Assembly (NCBI RefSeq): GCF_006345805.1
Contig: NC_042999.1
Coordinates: 16,864,001 to 16,928,000, forward strand
Direction: 5' to 3'
Length of the DNA stretch: 64,000 nt
Source: Octopus sinensis
Lineage: Eukaryota
Within the stretch, counting starts at the first letter, position 1. Each line of letters opens with the position of its first letter. Both the position numbers and the translations under genes were made by a program. This document shows positions 11,843 to 26,204 of this stretch, piece after piece. The notes under the pieces are model-generated. The model made no database searches. It was not told the origin of the DNA and saw only the letters and a list, made by a program, of their open reading frames with translations.

Positions 11843-13087
11843 GACAACCGATTACGTTACCGTAACTTAGCGATTCGTCAATAAGAGACCGATAGAATAA
11901 GTACCAGGCTTACAAAAAATAAGCCCTGGGGTCGATTTGCTCTACTAAAGATGGTGAAACAAGTAAAAGCGTAAAAGAGTACATATAACGGTAAAAAAAA
12001 AGTAAACATTAAAATGAACCATACAGGGATCCCCTTTGGCTCTCCTCTTTTCGGCATTGATTCTTTTTTTGTTTTCATCAGTTCTGAGTTGATAATATAA
12101 AACGTGAATTACGTAGTGGCTGGATATATTTTGAAAAATATGGTATTCGTTTAAATGTTCAGTGAGGATTGTGTCTTAACGTTTCTGACATTACTCCTCC
12201 ATCAGAAGAAAAGAGAAAAAAAAAATCGGAGAAAACTATATAGAGGAGTGAAAAAAGAAATATTCAATATACCTAGAAAAGAGAAAAATACAGGACACAG
12301 GAAGAGAACGAGTTTATGTGCACAATTCTTTATATGTATATATGTGTATACATGAATACATACATTATACATATATATGTATATATTTATATGTATGATT
12401 ATATATGCGTGTGTATACATTTTGTTGTTATATGTTATTATCACGTGTAATAAAGTATAGTTAAATGATGTAATTCATGGTTGCAATGTACAAAATGAAA
12501 TAAAAAACGCCGAGCTGGATGTGTCCGAATCGGGAGATTGACATAAAAAATAAAAACTACCAGCTTACATTTAAAACACTCCATTACGATGTGAGATGAA
12601 ACCTTTAGGGCTCTCCTTTGATTTTCATCTTTTCACCATTGATTTGTTTCTTCATCATTTCTGGGTTGTTAATATAAAATGTGAGTTAAGTAATGGCTAG
12701 ATATATTCCATCATATCCTCCCCAACAATTTATGATCTTGTGCCACTGTAAAAAGAAATCAATATTAACGGTTTAAGTAATGTTGGTTATAGGGCACGCT
12801 CAGAAATGTACTGTAGTTAATATTTTGCAGATTTTTAAGGCTGCGAGCTTGCAGAATCGTTAGCACGCTCGGTGAAATTCTTAGCGGTATTTCCTCTGTC
12901 TTTACGTTATGAGCTCAAATTCCGCCCAGGTCAGGTTTGCCTTACTGTTTATCTATCTAATATGTATATATATATACACACTTTTTGTATAAGATTTTAC
13001 AGGTAATGGTTTTTTTCCATACCGAAGCTACTTGGTAAAATTTATTAATTATTAAATTAATATTTCTCTACTCTATAATATATATAT

Positions 13088-13270
13088 CTGAAATTTACAG
13101 AAAAACAAAAGACGAAGACGTGTATAAACAAGCAGGTGTGTTAGTTTGACCTTCGGGAAGGTGAGAAAGTCTTTACATTTCGAGCCGATGCTCTTCAACA
13201 GAAAGGAACATGAGGAAATAAAGTGAGAGAATAAGTACAAAATTACTTGTGGATTTAGCGGTAAACATAT
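13088..13270 (-). mobile_element. Hammerhead-bearing non-autonomous element (family H1); motif at 13171-13205
   Basis: Minus: CTTT-CTGTTGA-A-GAGC-ATCG-GCTC-GAAA-TG-TA-AAG; homologous to 55685-55890 and 56493-56690; 3' end abuts TA repeat. Confidence 0.75.
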
Positions 13271-13559
13271 TTGTGTGAGTGAGTGTGTGTACGGGTGTCT
13301 ACGTTATTTCAAGGAAAAATTACACTCGATAGCACATTGAAAATTAAATTTTAGGCGCAGGCTTCGCTGTATCGTAAGAAGTTTGTCTTACAACAACGTG
13401 GTTCAGGGTCTAGTCCCCCACTGCATAGCACCTTAAGCAAATGCCTTCTACTACAGCGTCTGGACGAGTAGAGCCTTGTTATTGAATTTGAAAGACGGAA
13501 ACCGAAAGAAGCCATCCATCGGAAGCATAATCCCATCGACAAAGATAATAACCCACAAT

Positions 13560-14135
13560 ATGGTAGAAGCCATAGCCACTTATAATGAAAAGGAATACTG
13601 ATGAAATGTACCAGTGAAGACCTCAATAAAATGTAAGCACAACAAACCTGATATAATGATTTGGGATAGCGAAGAGAAACTGTACATTTGTGGAAATTAG
13701 CTGCAAAGCCGCAGTGGAATTGAGAATACTTACGCTGAATTATTTAGAAATCTGCAGTTACTCTATCCCGATTATAAGTTCAGGTTTATACCTATAATTA
13801 TCGGGGCCCTGGGCCATGTAACACACTGCCTTAATATCAATATAGAGAAATTAGGCTTCTCAAAACCAGAAAGGAGAAAGCTAATGCGAAAACTGCAGAT
13901 CCAGTCCATCACTGGAACTGTGAGAATCTGTAAAACTTTCCACCAGTTTATCATTTAAATATATATAAGTATGTCTAGATAAGTAACTATATCCATGAGA
14001 ATACTAACATAAAACATAAAAATCTGCGCATACATACATACATACATACATACAAAAATACAGTTGTTGATGTTGATATTCCAATGAAGGAATCTAGGTT
14101 AGGAACTGGCTCTTCCTCTATTGGTAAGAAATCTT
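13560..14135 (+). mobile_element. RLE-type (R4/Dong-like) non-LTR retrotransposon 3' fragment
   Basis: Frameshifted peptides HNKPDIMIWD and FRFIPIIIGALGHVTHCL...LQIQSITGTVRICKTF match the PD-(D/E)xK endonuclease C-terminus. Confidence 0.7.
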
Positions 14136-14375
14136 GAAGTAAACTGTTGGTGTGTTTATGTTCGGCAAAAGAGATTGATAGAAAAATTACTAGACTTACA
14201 AAGATTTAGTCCGGGGAACGATTTGTTCGACTAAAGGCGGTGCTCCAGCATGACTGCATTCTAGTGACTGAATCAAGTAAAAGAATAAAAGAATAAAATA
14301 CATTTCGGAAAACGCACCAGTGACCATGTTGCAGTTGGTTCGACGGGTATCTTCCGCGCTGCAATTATAATTATA

Positions 14376-14947
14376 TTGGGTCGTCCGGAAAGTTCGTGCC
14401 GATTTATAGTAGCTTACATTTCGACTTATTTTAGAACATGTTTGTGTCCATAAAATAGGATTTGTCTACACCTCCATTTAGAGAATAGTTTAAGGTATCT
14501 TTTCGTGGAAGAAGGTTTAGGTTCTTATAATCTGTGTTAATTCAGTAACCCTTTAAAATGGAAGATAAGAAAGTTCATTTTCGGCACTTGATACTTTTCG
14601 TTTTCCGTAAAGGGCAAAATACCTCATAAGCAACCAAAGAAATGTGCGCAGTTTACAACAATGCTTCTTCATCTGAAAGAACTGTACAGAAGTGTTTCGC
14701 AAGGTTCCGAGATGGAAATTGTAGCCTTATTGATAAAGAGCGATCAGGCAGACCATCCACTACAGATGATGGCCAAATGAAGTCAACAACTGAGAATAAC
14801 GCACATTGCAAAACCCGAGAATTGGCAGATAGCCTCAACCTATCAAAATCCGTCGTTCATGACCACCTGGTAAGACTTGGGTAATGGCAAGTATTTATTG
14901 ACCTTTTTTTCCTTTAAAAATCGGCACGAACTTTCCGGACAACCCAA
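14376..14947 (+). mobile_element. Internally deleted mariner element retaining N-terminal transposase
   Basis: ~30-bp TIRs TTGGGTCGTCCGGAAAGTTCGTGCCGATTT / AAATCGGCACGAACTTTCCGGACAACCCAA with TA flanks; peptide ERTVQKCFARFRDGNCSLIDKERSGRP (HTH, RSGRP). Confidence 0.95.
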
Positions 14948-15619
14948 TAGTATGCTTAGTTATTTATATTACTGAGAGGCATTGAAAGTGCAAAACTCCT
15001 ATGATGAAATGTGAACGAACTATAGCAGAGATAATGGCTCTAATCATACAATTTTCTAAGAGTCTATATCTAATGATCAAGTGTAGCTATTAGCGATATT
15101 ATTATTCTAAAGAAATTTTTATGTTTATGGTTCATTAAATAATTACTGTGACAAAATTCCCTATCAATCTGTCCAGTTTGATAATTTATGATTTCTTCAA
15201 AGCAGAACCTAAGATAAACCTGACAATTTATTCGTTAATTTGAAGACTAAATTAATCTCATATTAATTAATTAATGCATAGGAATGCGAAATGTAGGAAT
15301 ATTCTGCTTTCTTTAATAGTTCCAATGGCACAAATTCAATCGGCTGAGTTTGAATTCTTACAGCTACGAAACAGACTTCAGGCGACTAAGCATCATTCAA
15401 ATAGATTGTAAACATGATGAAGTTGATGCTGATGACAATGGGGAAAGCAGTATTCGAGAAACTGATAATGATGACGAATATTGTTATGTGTAGGATATGA
15501 AATGAAGAAATTAACGGATAAAATATAATTATTTTCTTATGTGTAATTACGAATATTGGTTTAGAAAGAGTGGCAAAGTGTTATTAGTAAATGAGAAAAC
15601 TTCTTAACGTCTTGTAAAT

Positions 15620-15640
15620 ATGTCTGTTTGTCTGTCTTTC

Positions 15641-15709
<69 letters not shown>

Positions 15710-15717
15710 TATCTCTA

Positions 15718-15751
<34 letters not shown>

Positions 15752-15780
15752 GTCTATCTATCTATCTGTCTATCTATCTG

Positions 15781-15860
<80 letters not shown>
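15620..15860. repeat. (TCTA)n microsatellite, insertion target of the Tx1-like LINE
   Basis: Direct reading. Confidence 0.95.
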
Positions 15861-17564
15861 GCGGTGACAGGAGCGAAAATCAACCGGGAAAAGTCAGTGG
15901 GCTTGCGACTAGGCACCTGGAGAAGCAAGCCCATGCCGTCCACCAGCGCCTCCGTCGTGGGACGCTGGACCGACGGCCCGGTTGAGTTGCTCGGGGTCTG
16001 GTTTGGTCCGGACCTCCAAGTGGAGAAGAACTGGAACGAGATAACGAGTAGGGTAGTCACTCTCCCCGGCAATGGGCCGAGAGGAAACTGTCCCTAAAAG
16101 GTCGAGCGGAGGGGGCGAACACGTACATCGCGTCCGTCATCTACTACCGCCTGACCGTCGTACCTGTCCCGACCCTACCATCACCAAACTACAACGCATC
16201 CTCTTTCGCTTCTTGTGGAAAGGATGCGTCCCGATGGTCAGGCGATCCATTTGCTGTCAACACCGTTAAAAGGAGGGCTGGGCATGCCGTGGTTGATGAT
16301 GCGCAGACACGCGCTGAGACTGCGACATCTCTGGCTCTATGTAGACGACGGTGAACAGGTGTGGTCTCCGTTTGTGAGGCACGCTTTCCCGCAGCTCGTC
16401 TCCATGACCGAACTGCAGTCGTGGAAAAAAGAGGCCGAGGAAGGGGCGAAATGGCACCGCGAGTGTCGCGTTGCTCTCAAACACTCTGCCGTCCTGGGTC
16501 GACCTTAAGTGACTTCAACACAACCAAAGCATTCTATAGGGGTTTAGTGGAGGGGAGGTACGACGACGAGCTCGGGGCGAACCTGGACGTCGACGAGGAG
16601 TACCTGACCCGCCTGTTCGGGACGACTTTCGGGCCAGGGCCCATGGACAACTTCCAGAGATCCCTGGCCTGGCAGTGCTACCGAGAAGCGGTACCCGTTC
16701 GGGATAAGCTCTACAGACACGGCTCGAGAAAAACGGGGCCGACCTGCCCGAGATGCGGTCAGAGCGACGAAACCGTTCTGCACGCACTTGTTCAGTGTCC
16801 AACAATTTCCGACCTGTGGGCTTATGTCGAACAACTGCTGTCACGTGTGGGACGAGTCGGTTTATCAGCTGAGTCTATCGTCAATATTGTCACGCCTCCT
16901 TCCTTCAAACGGGAAGGAGAGCTATTTTCATCATCCTTGTGGCTATGGCGAAAGAATGTATCTGGTGGACGCGTCTGAAAGGATTGGAGACAAACACTTT
17001 CCTCTCTGGTCAATCTCTCATCAACTTCTTCAAGTACCACTTGAAAAGGAAAGTGAGAGTAGAGAGGCAAGTTTTGTCTAGCGAATGTTTTAAAAAAGAT
17101 GGGTGAATGTAGCAAGAATGGCACGTATGAATGACGAAGCCACCTTGAGCATAGTCCTATGAACCCAGAAATCGAAAACAGAGAGTTGCTTATTTGCAAA
17201 AAAACAAAAAAAAAAAAAAAAAAGAAATATAAAATGTGACTTCATTGACCGAGGTTACCGTGGTCTTTTCCGTAGGCTTTTCTTTCCACGGGTAAACCTC
17301 ACCTGTCCTCCACCTGTCCTCCCCTTTACACTTCATATTGACATTTCTGTGATAACGATCCCTATTGATCATTTTTTTTCCTCTCCCCCTTTTTTTTTTT
17401 CTTTTTTTTAACACCCCTTTTTTTTGTCCTCTTTCTCTCCTTTCACGATCCCTTTTGATCGAAACTCCCCCTTCCTTTTTTTTTTTTTTTTTAAACCTTC
17501 AAAAGAAAAGCTCTACCTTGTATTTGTTCTATCTGTGTGCAGCCCTGTGTGGCTAATAAAGAAA
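15861..17564 (+). mobile_element. 5'-truncated Tx1/L1-clade LINE (ORF2 C-terminus plus 3' UTR)
   Basis: Peptides TGAKINREKS, LLGVWFG, FRFLWKG, GGLGMP and zinc knuckle CPRCGQSDETVLHALVQC; AATAAA at 17555; (TCTA)n on both sides; several frameshifts. Confidence 0.9.
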
Positions 17565-17742
17565 CATATCTATCTATCTATCTATCTATCTATCTGTCTA
17601 CCTATATACATATATATGCCTGTGCATGTATGAGTATGCCTGTGTGGTGTGCGTGTGTGTACATATAAAATATATATGCTCATATTAGACGTACATAAAC
17701 TTTAGTGAATGTATATATATATACACATATATATATATAAAT

Positions 17743-17784
<42 letters not shown>

Positions 17785-17809
17785 TATGTATGCATATATA
17801 TATTATATA

Positions 17810-17866
<57 letters not shown>

Positions 17867-18344
17867 TAGTGGTTGTCTACACCTAATGAAATGTCTGACC
17901 ACCTATTGTACCTATACCTTAGTCTGATGTAGCATTTCACATCAGACAATGTATTGAAAAGATACATAGTTTGTATATATGTACATGTATACACACACAG
18001 ACACACACGCATGCACACACGCTCACAGACATATATATAGGAATATATATGCATGCGTATAGTAATGGAAATCTATATGTGAAGGTCCATAGCTGACATC
18101 CTAAGATATTGGGATATTGTATTAGGGTACTAACATCGAGGGTTTCTTCCCTTAACCGAGTGTTGCGTTGTGCTATGGCGTAAAGTATTTTATCTTACGT
18201 TGCTCCAGCTTACGCAGCTAGGGTTAAACATTTCTGCGTGCGGATACAGTTCTCCCCAATTCCAGCCATGACAGTGGAGCAATAATGAGAGAGCTGAGAG
18301 AATGTCTATACATAAACGTAAAACGATCAGCAAAAACCTGAAGG

Positions 18345-18712
18345 GGGCGATCTGGCAGAAACGCTAGCACGCCGGGCGAAACGCGTTGCCACATTTCGTT
18401 TGCCGCTACGTTCTGAGTTCAAATTTCGCCGAGGTCGACTTTGCCTTTCATCCTTTCGGGGTCGATAAATTAAGTACCAGTTACGAACTGGGGTTGATAT
18501 AATAGACTTAATCCGTCTGTCTGTCCTTGCTTGTCCTCTCTGTGTTTGGCCCCTTGTTGGTAGTAAAGAAATAGGTATTTCGCCCGTTGCTACGTGCTGG
18601 GTTCAAATTCCGCCGATGTCGATAAATTGAGTAATAGTTGCGTACTGGGGTCGATCTAATCCACTGAACACCCCCGCCCCCAAATTTCTATAAGTGTGCC
18701 TGGAGTACAAAA
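18345..18712 (+). mobile_element. SINE family A, head plus unit plus internally deleted second unit
   Basis: Head at 18345; junction AAAGAAATA|GGTATTTCG near 18573. Confidence 0.8.
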
Positions 18713-18955
18713 GGATTAGCGAAAACCTGATGTATGTCATCAAGTCAGAATCATGAGATAATTGGTTACTATTATGCAAGACTCTCGTATGCCCAAAGAG
18801 TTGTTGCTTTTCCAGAATACAAACAAATAGTTTCACCTTCCATAGCAAGACCGTTGTACTCCACTTTAACAACTTTTGATATCTTGGCATTGCAAGCAAA
18901 AATAAATAGTGAAAAAAACTCGCATTTGGACATACGATAGATTAACAACGATATA

Positions 18956-18987
<32 letters not shown>

Positions 18988-18991
<4 letters not shown>

Positions 18992-19175
18992 ATCCAAACA
19001 TGAACAAAGAGAAACCACAACACGAGGACGTGGAATAAGTACAGTGTTATTGGGTGCTCAGGAAAGGAAAGAAAGAAGGAGGATTTCACGTCTCGACGGA
19101 GCTCTTCGTCAGAAATATAGAGAAAGTCCAAAGAAGATGGAGAAAGAAAATCGCCAACGATACACACGCGGTCAT
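18988..19175 (-). mobile_element. Hammerhead-bearing element; motif at 19083-19116
   Basis: Minus: ATTT-CTGACGA-A-GAGC-TCC-GTC-GAGA-CG-TG-AAAT, canonical CUGANGA core with a degenerate 3' half; 3' end abuts (TA)n at 18987. Confidence 0.6.
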
Positions 19176-20392
19176 ATATATATATGCGATAAACATACAT
19201 ACATACATACATACATACAAACACTCTTATATATTAGAATTTGAAGGATATTGAAAATCGACCGACTATGTTAATGATCAAAATAATGAAGCAGCAAGTG
19301 AATAATATAGCAAAAAACATTCTCATCCGCATTGAAATACCAATAATCAATTGTAAATAGAAATATGATTGGTTGTGTAAAACACGATATAAAATGTCAC
19401 TCATTTACCTATTCTGCTCTCACAATTAGAAATCGCGTGACTTCACCCATTTAATTCTGTAGCACATAATATATTAATGCCTTCAATATCATATTCATAA
19501 AACCCACCTTATTATGTTAAGTGGCGATCGTTAATGATAAGGTATGGAATTATGGTTAACCATAGCGTTGATGAATAGCTGATTGTATTTTTAAATATTA
19601 TGACTATCTTTCAGATGCGCAGAATTATAGCTAATTCATTATTTTAGAAATAAGCTCTTTTAGTAAGTTGACTGCTGGACATTACGCAAACAATATATCG
19701 ACTAGAATAACTGCAAGCACTCACCAACTCCAAAATTTTGTGCAAATCTACAAAAGGTTAAAATACGGTGTTATACCTCTGTGTGAGACACTTACCATTG
19801 TCTACAAACATAAATCGATTGTAAAATTATACAGTCTATGGTTCAATTATAAAAATGTGTCCACCCGCTTCAAAGGTTTCTGAATGTGTGACTTCTTTTC
19901 GCGAAGCATAATATTCTATTGCACACTTTTGCAAATGTCAGCAATAAATCCGAATTGATGAATTTGCAGAAACTTCAATCGATATTTATTACATAATGTT
20001 CATCCAGAAACTGCCTAATATTATCTTATTTCCTGCATATTGGATTCGCTATAGCTTGAAATATGGTCATACAATTAAAACGAAAAGTTATTTATCCAAT
20101 CATCAACAGTATAATTTCATTTACTACAGCTCCCATTATTGAATAAGTGTGTTTTATGTATATGACACTGAAAATTTGGATATGTATAGCGTGTATTTCA
20201 AGGGGAATAGACGAATATATCAAGCATTTTCTGTTAGTGAATGCATATAAATACATATATACGTTTATGCGTTGGTTTTGTAAATTCTTGAAGTGGAATC
20301 GTGTGTTAAAACAGATATTGTGTCATATTTGAGGACGGGCATCATTTGTCAATTAAATACGCATCCTAATTATTTGATCTTTGCTTCAGCTT

Positions 20393-20658
<266 letters not shown>

Positions 20659-20819
20659 GTAAGAATAATAGCAATAATAATAATAATGAGTGAAGATCAG
20701 ATGAATAGTTCATGTGTTTATTTGGCGAGACATGACCATCCCCAAGTATAACAATATATATAGGCGCACTCATTACATACACACACACACATATATATAT
20801 ATACATATATACATATATA

Positions 20820-21183
<364 letters not shown>

Positions 21184-21394
21184 TATATAAGCAAATTTAT
21201 AATAAGAGACGATGGATAAATGTCAGTTCATTGTAGCAGACGCTAAATACACGTAGAGGTGCCTTTCGTTGTCTGTGTGCACAAGCTGAATATTTATTCG
21301 ACTAACGGTTATGATTACAGCTTAACACAACCCCACCTGGTACATATCATTCAGGTCGTCGATCCTCCCGAGAAATATTTTTATTATTATTATT

Positions 21395-21921
21395 GAGTGA
21401 GAGAGCAGTGCATGCCATCAAAGTGACACTAGGGTAAAATATACGAAGACCAGTATACCCAACATGAATACCTGTCTGATAAGGGTACACCAGCCACATG
21501 CATTACAACCATATGTGAGCGACATGGTGATCTCATATCAAGATAAACAGCGCATGACCTTGCAGATAGGCCCAGTTACAATTTTCTTCAGGCTGAATAA
21601 CCCATCCCGCTCAAAAGGTGAACGAAATACGCATGTTTCCAAGGGTGAATTATCCAAACCCCAAAGAATTCCTCGCAACACATAGCTATGATGCTCCCCC
21701 ACTACTTCTGCTCGCGATCAGAGATGCACATAACATCAGCGACTAAGGGACATACTCAACTGGTCAAGGTGAAACAACTAACAAGCAAATCTGTGGTATT
21801 GAGCAGAATATTTGCTGTAGCCTATCTTTTATACCAAGACAAAACAATGTACATGATAACACTTCCAATCAGTTAAGATCAGAAGCCATGAGAGCCACTG
21901 CCTGGTACTGTATCAGGGCAT
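21395..21921. mobile_element. Repeat inserted in (TTA)n, probably non-LTR-derived and non-autonomous
   Basis: Bounded by (TTA)n on both sides; homologous copies at 24975-25083 (internally deleted) and 30632-31090. Confidence 0.7.
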
Positions 21922-21954
21922 TTTATTATTACTATTATTATTATTATTATTATC

Positions 21955-22757
21955 ATATGTTTGACTTTTGCTTTATATTTGTACAAGTTGGCTCCAAGTC
22001 TCACCTGGAGACCTCAAGAGACAACAGGTTGGAAGTTCACGTTGTTGTTATGCCTAGTGTGCCATATATTTGGTTGTTTTTTGTGTTGTACTGGTGGATG
22101 TCTAAAAAAATTTTTTTTTTAAAACTTTGAGATTACATAGAAAGTATTTTGCGTAGGATATGAGCAGTTCCCATGAGCACTATCTTTTGAATTTCTGCCA
22201 TTTTGGGGTTTCCTGGTATCTTAGTTAGGTAGCTATCAGCCCCTTTTGCTATCATTCCCAGGGCACCTATGACAACAGGTATTGTTTTAATCTTCAGGTT
22301 CCACATTTTGCTGATTTCTATTTCAAGATCTTTATATTTGCTCAGTTTTTGGTAGGTCTTGACAGATACGTTTATATCGATTGGGACAGTCATATCAATG
22401 AGGAGGCATGTTCTTTGTTTGAAGTCTTTCAATATGATGTCTGGCCTATTTGCATCTATCTTTCTGTCAGTTTGAATGGTGAAGTTCCAGAGGAGTGAGA
22501 TGTGGTCATTTTCAAGCACTGGAGGTGGATTGTGTTCCCACTAGTTTTTTTCATGGGACAAATCCAGATTTTTTCAAATTACCCAGTGAATATATTGTGC
22601 AGCTCTATCGTGCCTGTTGAGGTACTCTGTAGGCGCTAGAAGACTGCATTTGGAGACAACATGATCAATGGTTTCGTTTTGTTGTCGACATACACGACAT
22701 GCTGGGCTACTGCCGTTCTTTAATATGTTGGCCTGGTAGTTTCTTGTTGGTAGGCAT
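21955..22757 (-). mobile_element. R4/Dong-like RLE retrotransposon 3' fragment
   Basis: CCHC knuckle CRVCRQQNETIDHVVSKC, then ORF 22133-22519 with RPDII...IDMTVP...KLSKYKDL...IPVVIGALG; (TAA)n on both sides. Confidence 0.9.
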
Positions 22758-22788
22758 TATTATTACTATTATTATTATTATTATAATT

Positions 22789-23001
22789 CAGTAGTTTTAT
22801 TTTTATAGCGTGCTTTCACTTCACTACCGAGCGCAGCTCTGTGTGCCTTGGGTATGTGCTGTGATTTGTTGTGATGCTCTGATGGTTATTGTATGGAAAG
22901 TGTTCTGCGTAGGATGTGTGCAGTGCCTAGTAGTGCAATTTTCTGTATGTTATATGTGTTTGTAAGTCCTGGTGTTTTTCTTATGTATTTGTCTGAATAT
23001 T
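22789..23001 (-). mobile_element. Second R4/Dong-like 3' end
   Basis: Minus frame YSDKYIRKTPGLTNTYNIQKIALLGTAHILRRTLSIQ* parallels the C-terminus of the 22133 ORF; (TAA)n flanks. Confidence 0.8.
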
Positions 23002-23017
23002 TTTATTATTATTATTA

Positions 23018-23064
<47 letters not shown>

Positions 23065-23999
23065 TATTATTATTATTATTATATATGCAGTCGAGATGGA
23101 TGTATATTATCAGTAGATCAACTAGCACATTTACACACCCATGCAGTTCTTGCTTATATTCGCACGAACGAATTCAGTTATTCCTACGAGATTTCCGATA
23201 TGGGTGACTTGTAGCTGTAGTGCTAAATATTAAAATTATAACACGAAAACATGGTTTGAAATTTGCCTTATTAATATCATTTCTCGCCATATATTTTTCA
23301 CATTCAATATTGCATTATCCTTACATTATTTCTTAATTCATCAAAACAACAAACTATATCCAAGAATGAACCAGTTAGCAGCTGTCTTGTGAATTGGACT
23401 GTTTCAATCACATAAACAGAATGACAAATTATGTCGCTTTTAAACTCTAACGTGTTTTTATTAGACCAAATAAAATGCTGCTATCACTTAAGACATTTCT
23501 CCTTACACTTTCTGGACTTTGAAGGTTTTGATAAATTTTCTGCCAGTTCCGTCATCTTATCTGACATTAGTATAAAATTCGGTGCTAACTAAATGCATGC
23601 TACGTAGAATTTCACAGGTGCCAACCGCTTCACTCATTTATATCTTCATATGTCCATAGAATCAGGCGTTATAATGCGTTCAAAGCTTAAGATATAAATT
23701 TCTTACACCTTACAAGCAGCGAAAAATAGCGTGCTTTAAAGGTGTCTGGCTGAAACTGCTTACCCTAACAGAGTTATTATTCGATCAGATTGTATGTTTT
23801 GGAAAATAAGTCTTTGATATTCTATTACGAATAATAACATAGAGAGGAAATTTACGCTGCAAAGAGAAAAATATCATCAAATATTTAATCTTTCTCATGA
23901 TTAATTTACGAATCAATTGTAGGAAAATTCTACAGCGCCTCCTAAGAAGTGATACATCGTTTTATATTACATTATTATATTATATAATTACATACTTCT

Positions 24000-24478
24000 T
24001 ATTCTTCTTCTCTTCTTCTTCTTCTTCTTCTTCTTCTTCTTCTTCTTCTTCTCCTTCTCCTGCTCCTTCTCCTTCCACTTCTTCTCCTTCTCCTGCTCCT
24101 TCTCCTTCCACTTCTTCCTCCTCCTCCTTCGCCTTCTGTCCCTCCTTCGCCTTCTTCTTCTTCTTCTTTCTTCTTCTTCTTCTCCACCTTCTTCTCCTCC
24201 TTCTTTTTCTTCTTCTTCTTCTCCTCCATCTCCTTCTCCTCCTTCTTCTTCTTCTTCTTCTTCTTCTTCTTCTTCTCCTTCTTCTTCTTCTTCTTCTCCT
24301 CTCCTTCTCCTCCTCCTCCTCCTCCTTTCCCTCCTCCTTCTCCACCTCCTTATACTCCTTCTTGTTCTTCTCCTTCTTCTTCTCCTCTTCCACTTCCTCC
24401 TCCTCCTTCTCCTTCTTCCTCTCCTTCTCCTTCCTTCTTCTTCTTCTTCTTCTTCTTCTTCTTCTTTCTTCTTCTCAT
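24000..24478. repeat. Polypyrimidine (CTT/CCT)n tract, ~480 bp
   Basis: Direct reading. Confidence 0.95.
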
Positions 24479-24684
24479 CGTCATAATTATTATTATAGAC
24501 GCCGCACATTAACCAAAATCGTGAGGTTGTTGACTGAAGACATTGTGTCTACCGGGGGTTTATGCTGTTTGTCATTATAAATTCATATTATGATATTATT
24601 ATAATATATTGTTATTATCCTTATTATTATTATAGTCTAGATTTATACTATTATTATTATTGTTATTATTATTACTATGGCATT

Positions 24685-24869
24685 ACAACCACCCAGAACA
24701 GTCTTCGCTACATTTGCGGTACCTGCCAGAGGGAGTGTTTGTCTAGGATAGGACTACACAGCCACAGCAGGAAATGTATCAGGACATGAAATGTAAAAGC
24801 CAGACTAGACTACTTTATACGCAACTCCATTGTCTCCCGAGACAAAAAGGATACCAACTAACCAACCAA

Positions 24870-24871
<2 letters not shown>
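24685..24871 (+). mobile_element. RTE-clade LINE 3' end
   Basis: C2H2-like YICGTCQRECLSRIGLHSHSRKC, short 3' UTR and (CCAA)n tail. Confidence 0.75.
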
Positions 24872-24945
<74 letters not shown>

Positions 24946-25178
24946 CATTATTATTATTATTATTATCATTATTGGGTGAGAGAGCAGTGCATGCCATCAA
25001 AGTGACACTGGGGTAAACTATACGAAGCCATCATGACTACCTGGGTACACCAGGCACATGCATAACAACCATATGTGCGCGACTATTATTATTATTATTG
25101 TTATTATTGTTATTATCATCATCACATCATCATCATAATACACTATATTATATTTATAAGTTATGTTATTATTATTGA

Positions 25179-25209
<31 letters not shown>

Positions 25210-25310
25210 TTATATTATATTTATATATAATGTATATTATATTTATCATCAGCAGGCTTCCTTCCGCCACCACGTCACTACCACCTCCTCCACCACCACT
25301 GTCATCATCG

Positions 25311-25344
<34 letters not shown>

Positions 25345-26049
25345 TATCGTCGCCGTGGCAGTCGTCATCGTCCACCTTCTTTCCCTTCATCATCACCAAA
25401 GCCACTACAACATTTATTGCTACCACCGTCAGCGCCACCGCCACAACCACCACCACTAGGACCACCCTATGTAGATTAGGGTCCATGGGATTATCACTTA
25501 GATGCATTCTGCACCGACAGCAGATTGTATTCCCATAATACAGAATGATACCCTTAAATGAACACATTGATAGATGCCCAAAACAATTGCTACCACAATT
25601 TTTAATCTGTCCATTTTATCAATGTGCTATTGGAACTCGAACACAAGTTTGATTATACAAAGACACCTACTTTATGGAAAAATATAAGCCAAAATTTAAC
25701 CATTTCTAGCATTTTTAAATAAGGAAATGTATCTCATTGAAAAATATAAACCAAAATGTAACCATATCTAACATTTTATTCTATCAAAACAAAATCGTGC
25801 TAAATTAACAAAACCTAATCATTCCCAACATGTTTGATTATCTCCCTTATACAGAAAAAAATCCCAACTGTTTCGAACTCATATACATCACACCATAACG
25901 AATATATGACACAGCATCGGTAAAGAAATTTGAAAAGAAAATGAGAAACCGGTTGTTTCTCCAGACACAATGTCACTATACACAAAATTTTATATAATTT
26001 TCCTAACATGACTATTTTAATATATTTTTTTAAAGGTCGTGAGCCGGCA

Positions 26050-26204
26050 GAAAACTTCGCGCAGCACGAAGTTTTGTCAGTGAACAGGTCGCGGTCTCAA
26101 AGCGACGAAAATATTTTGACAAATTTAATTTAAATGTTGAAGTGAATCTAACGGTTTTTGTATGTTTCTTAAATGGCTTATAAACACCTTCCACACTGCA
26201 ATTG

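Noticed and set aside
17870-17955. CTAATGA plus GTCTGATGT/ACATCAGAC hairpin next to (TA)n
   Set aside because: No GAAA or cleavage triplet; at most a truncated relic.
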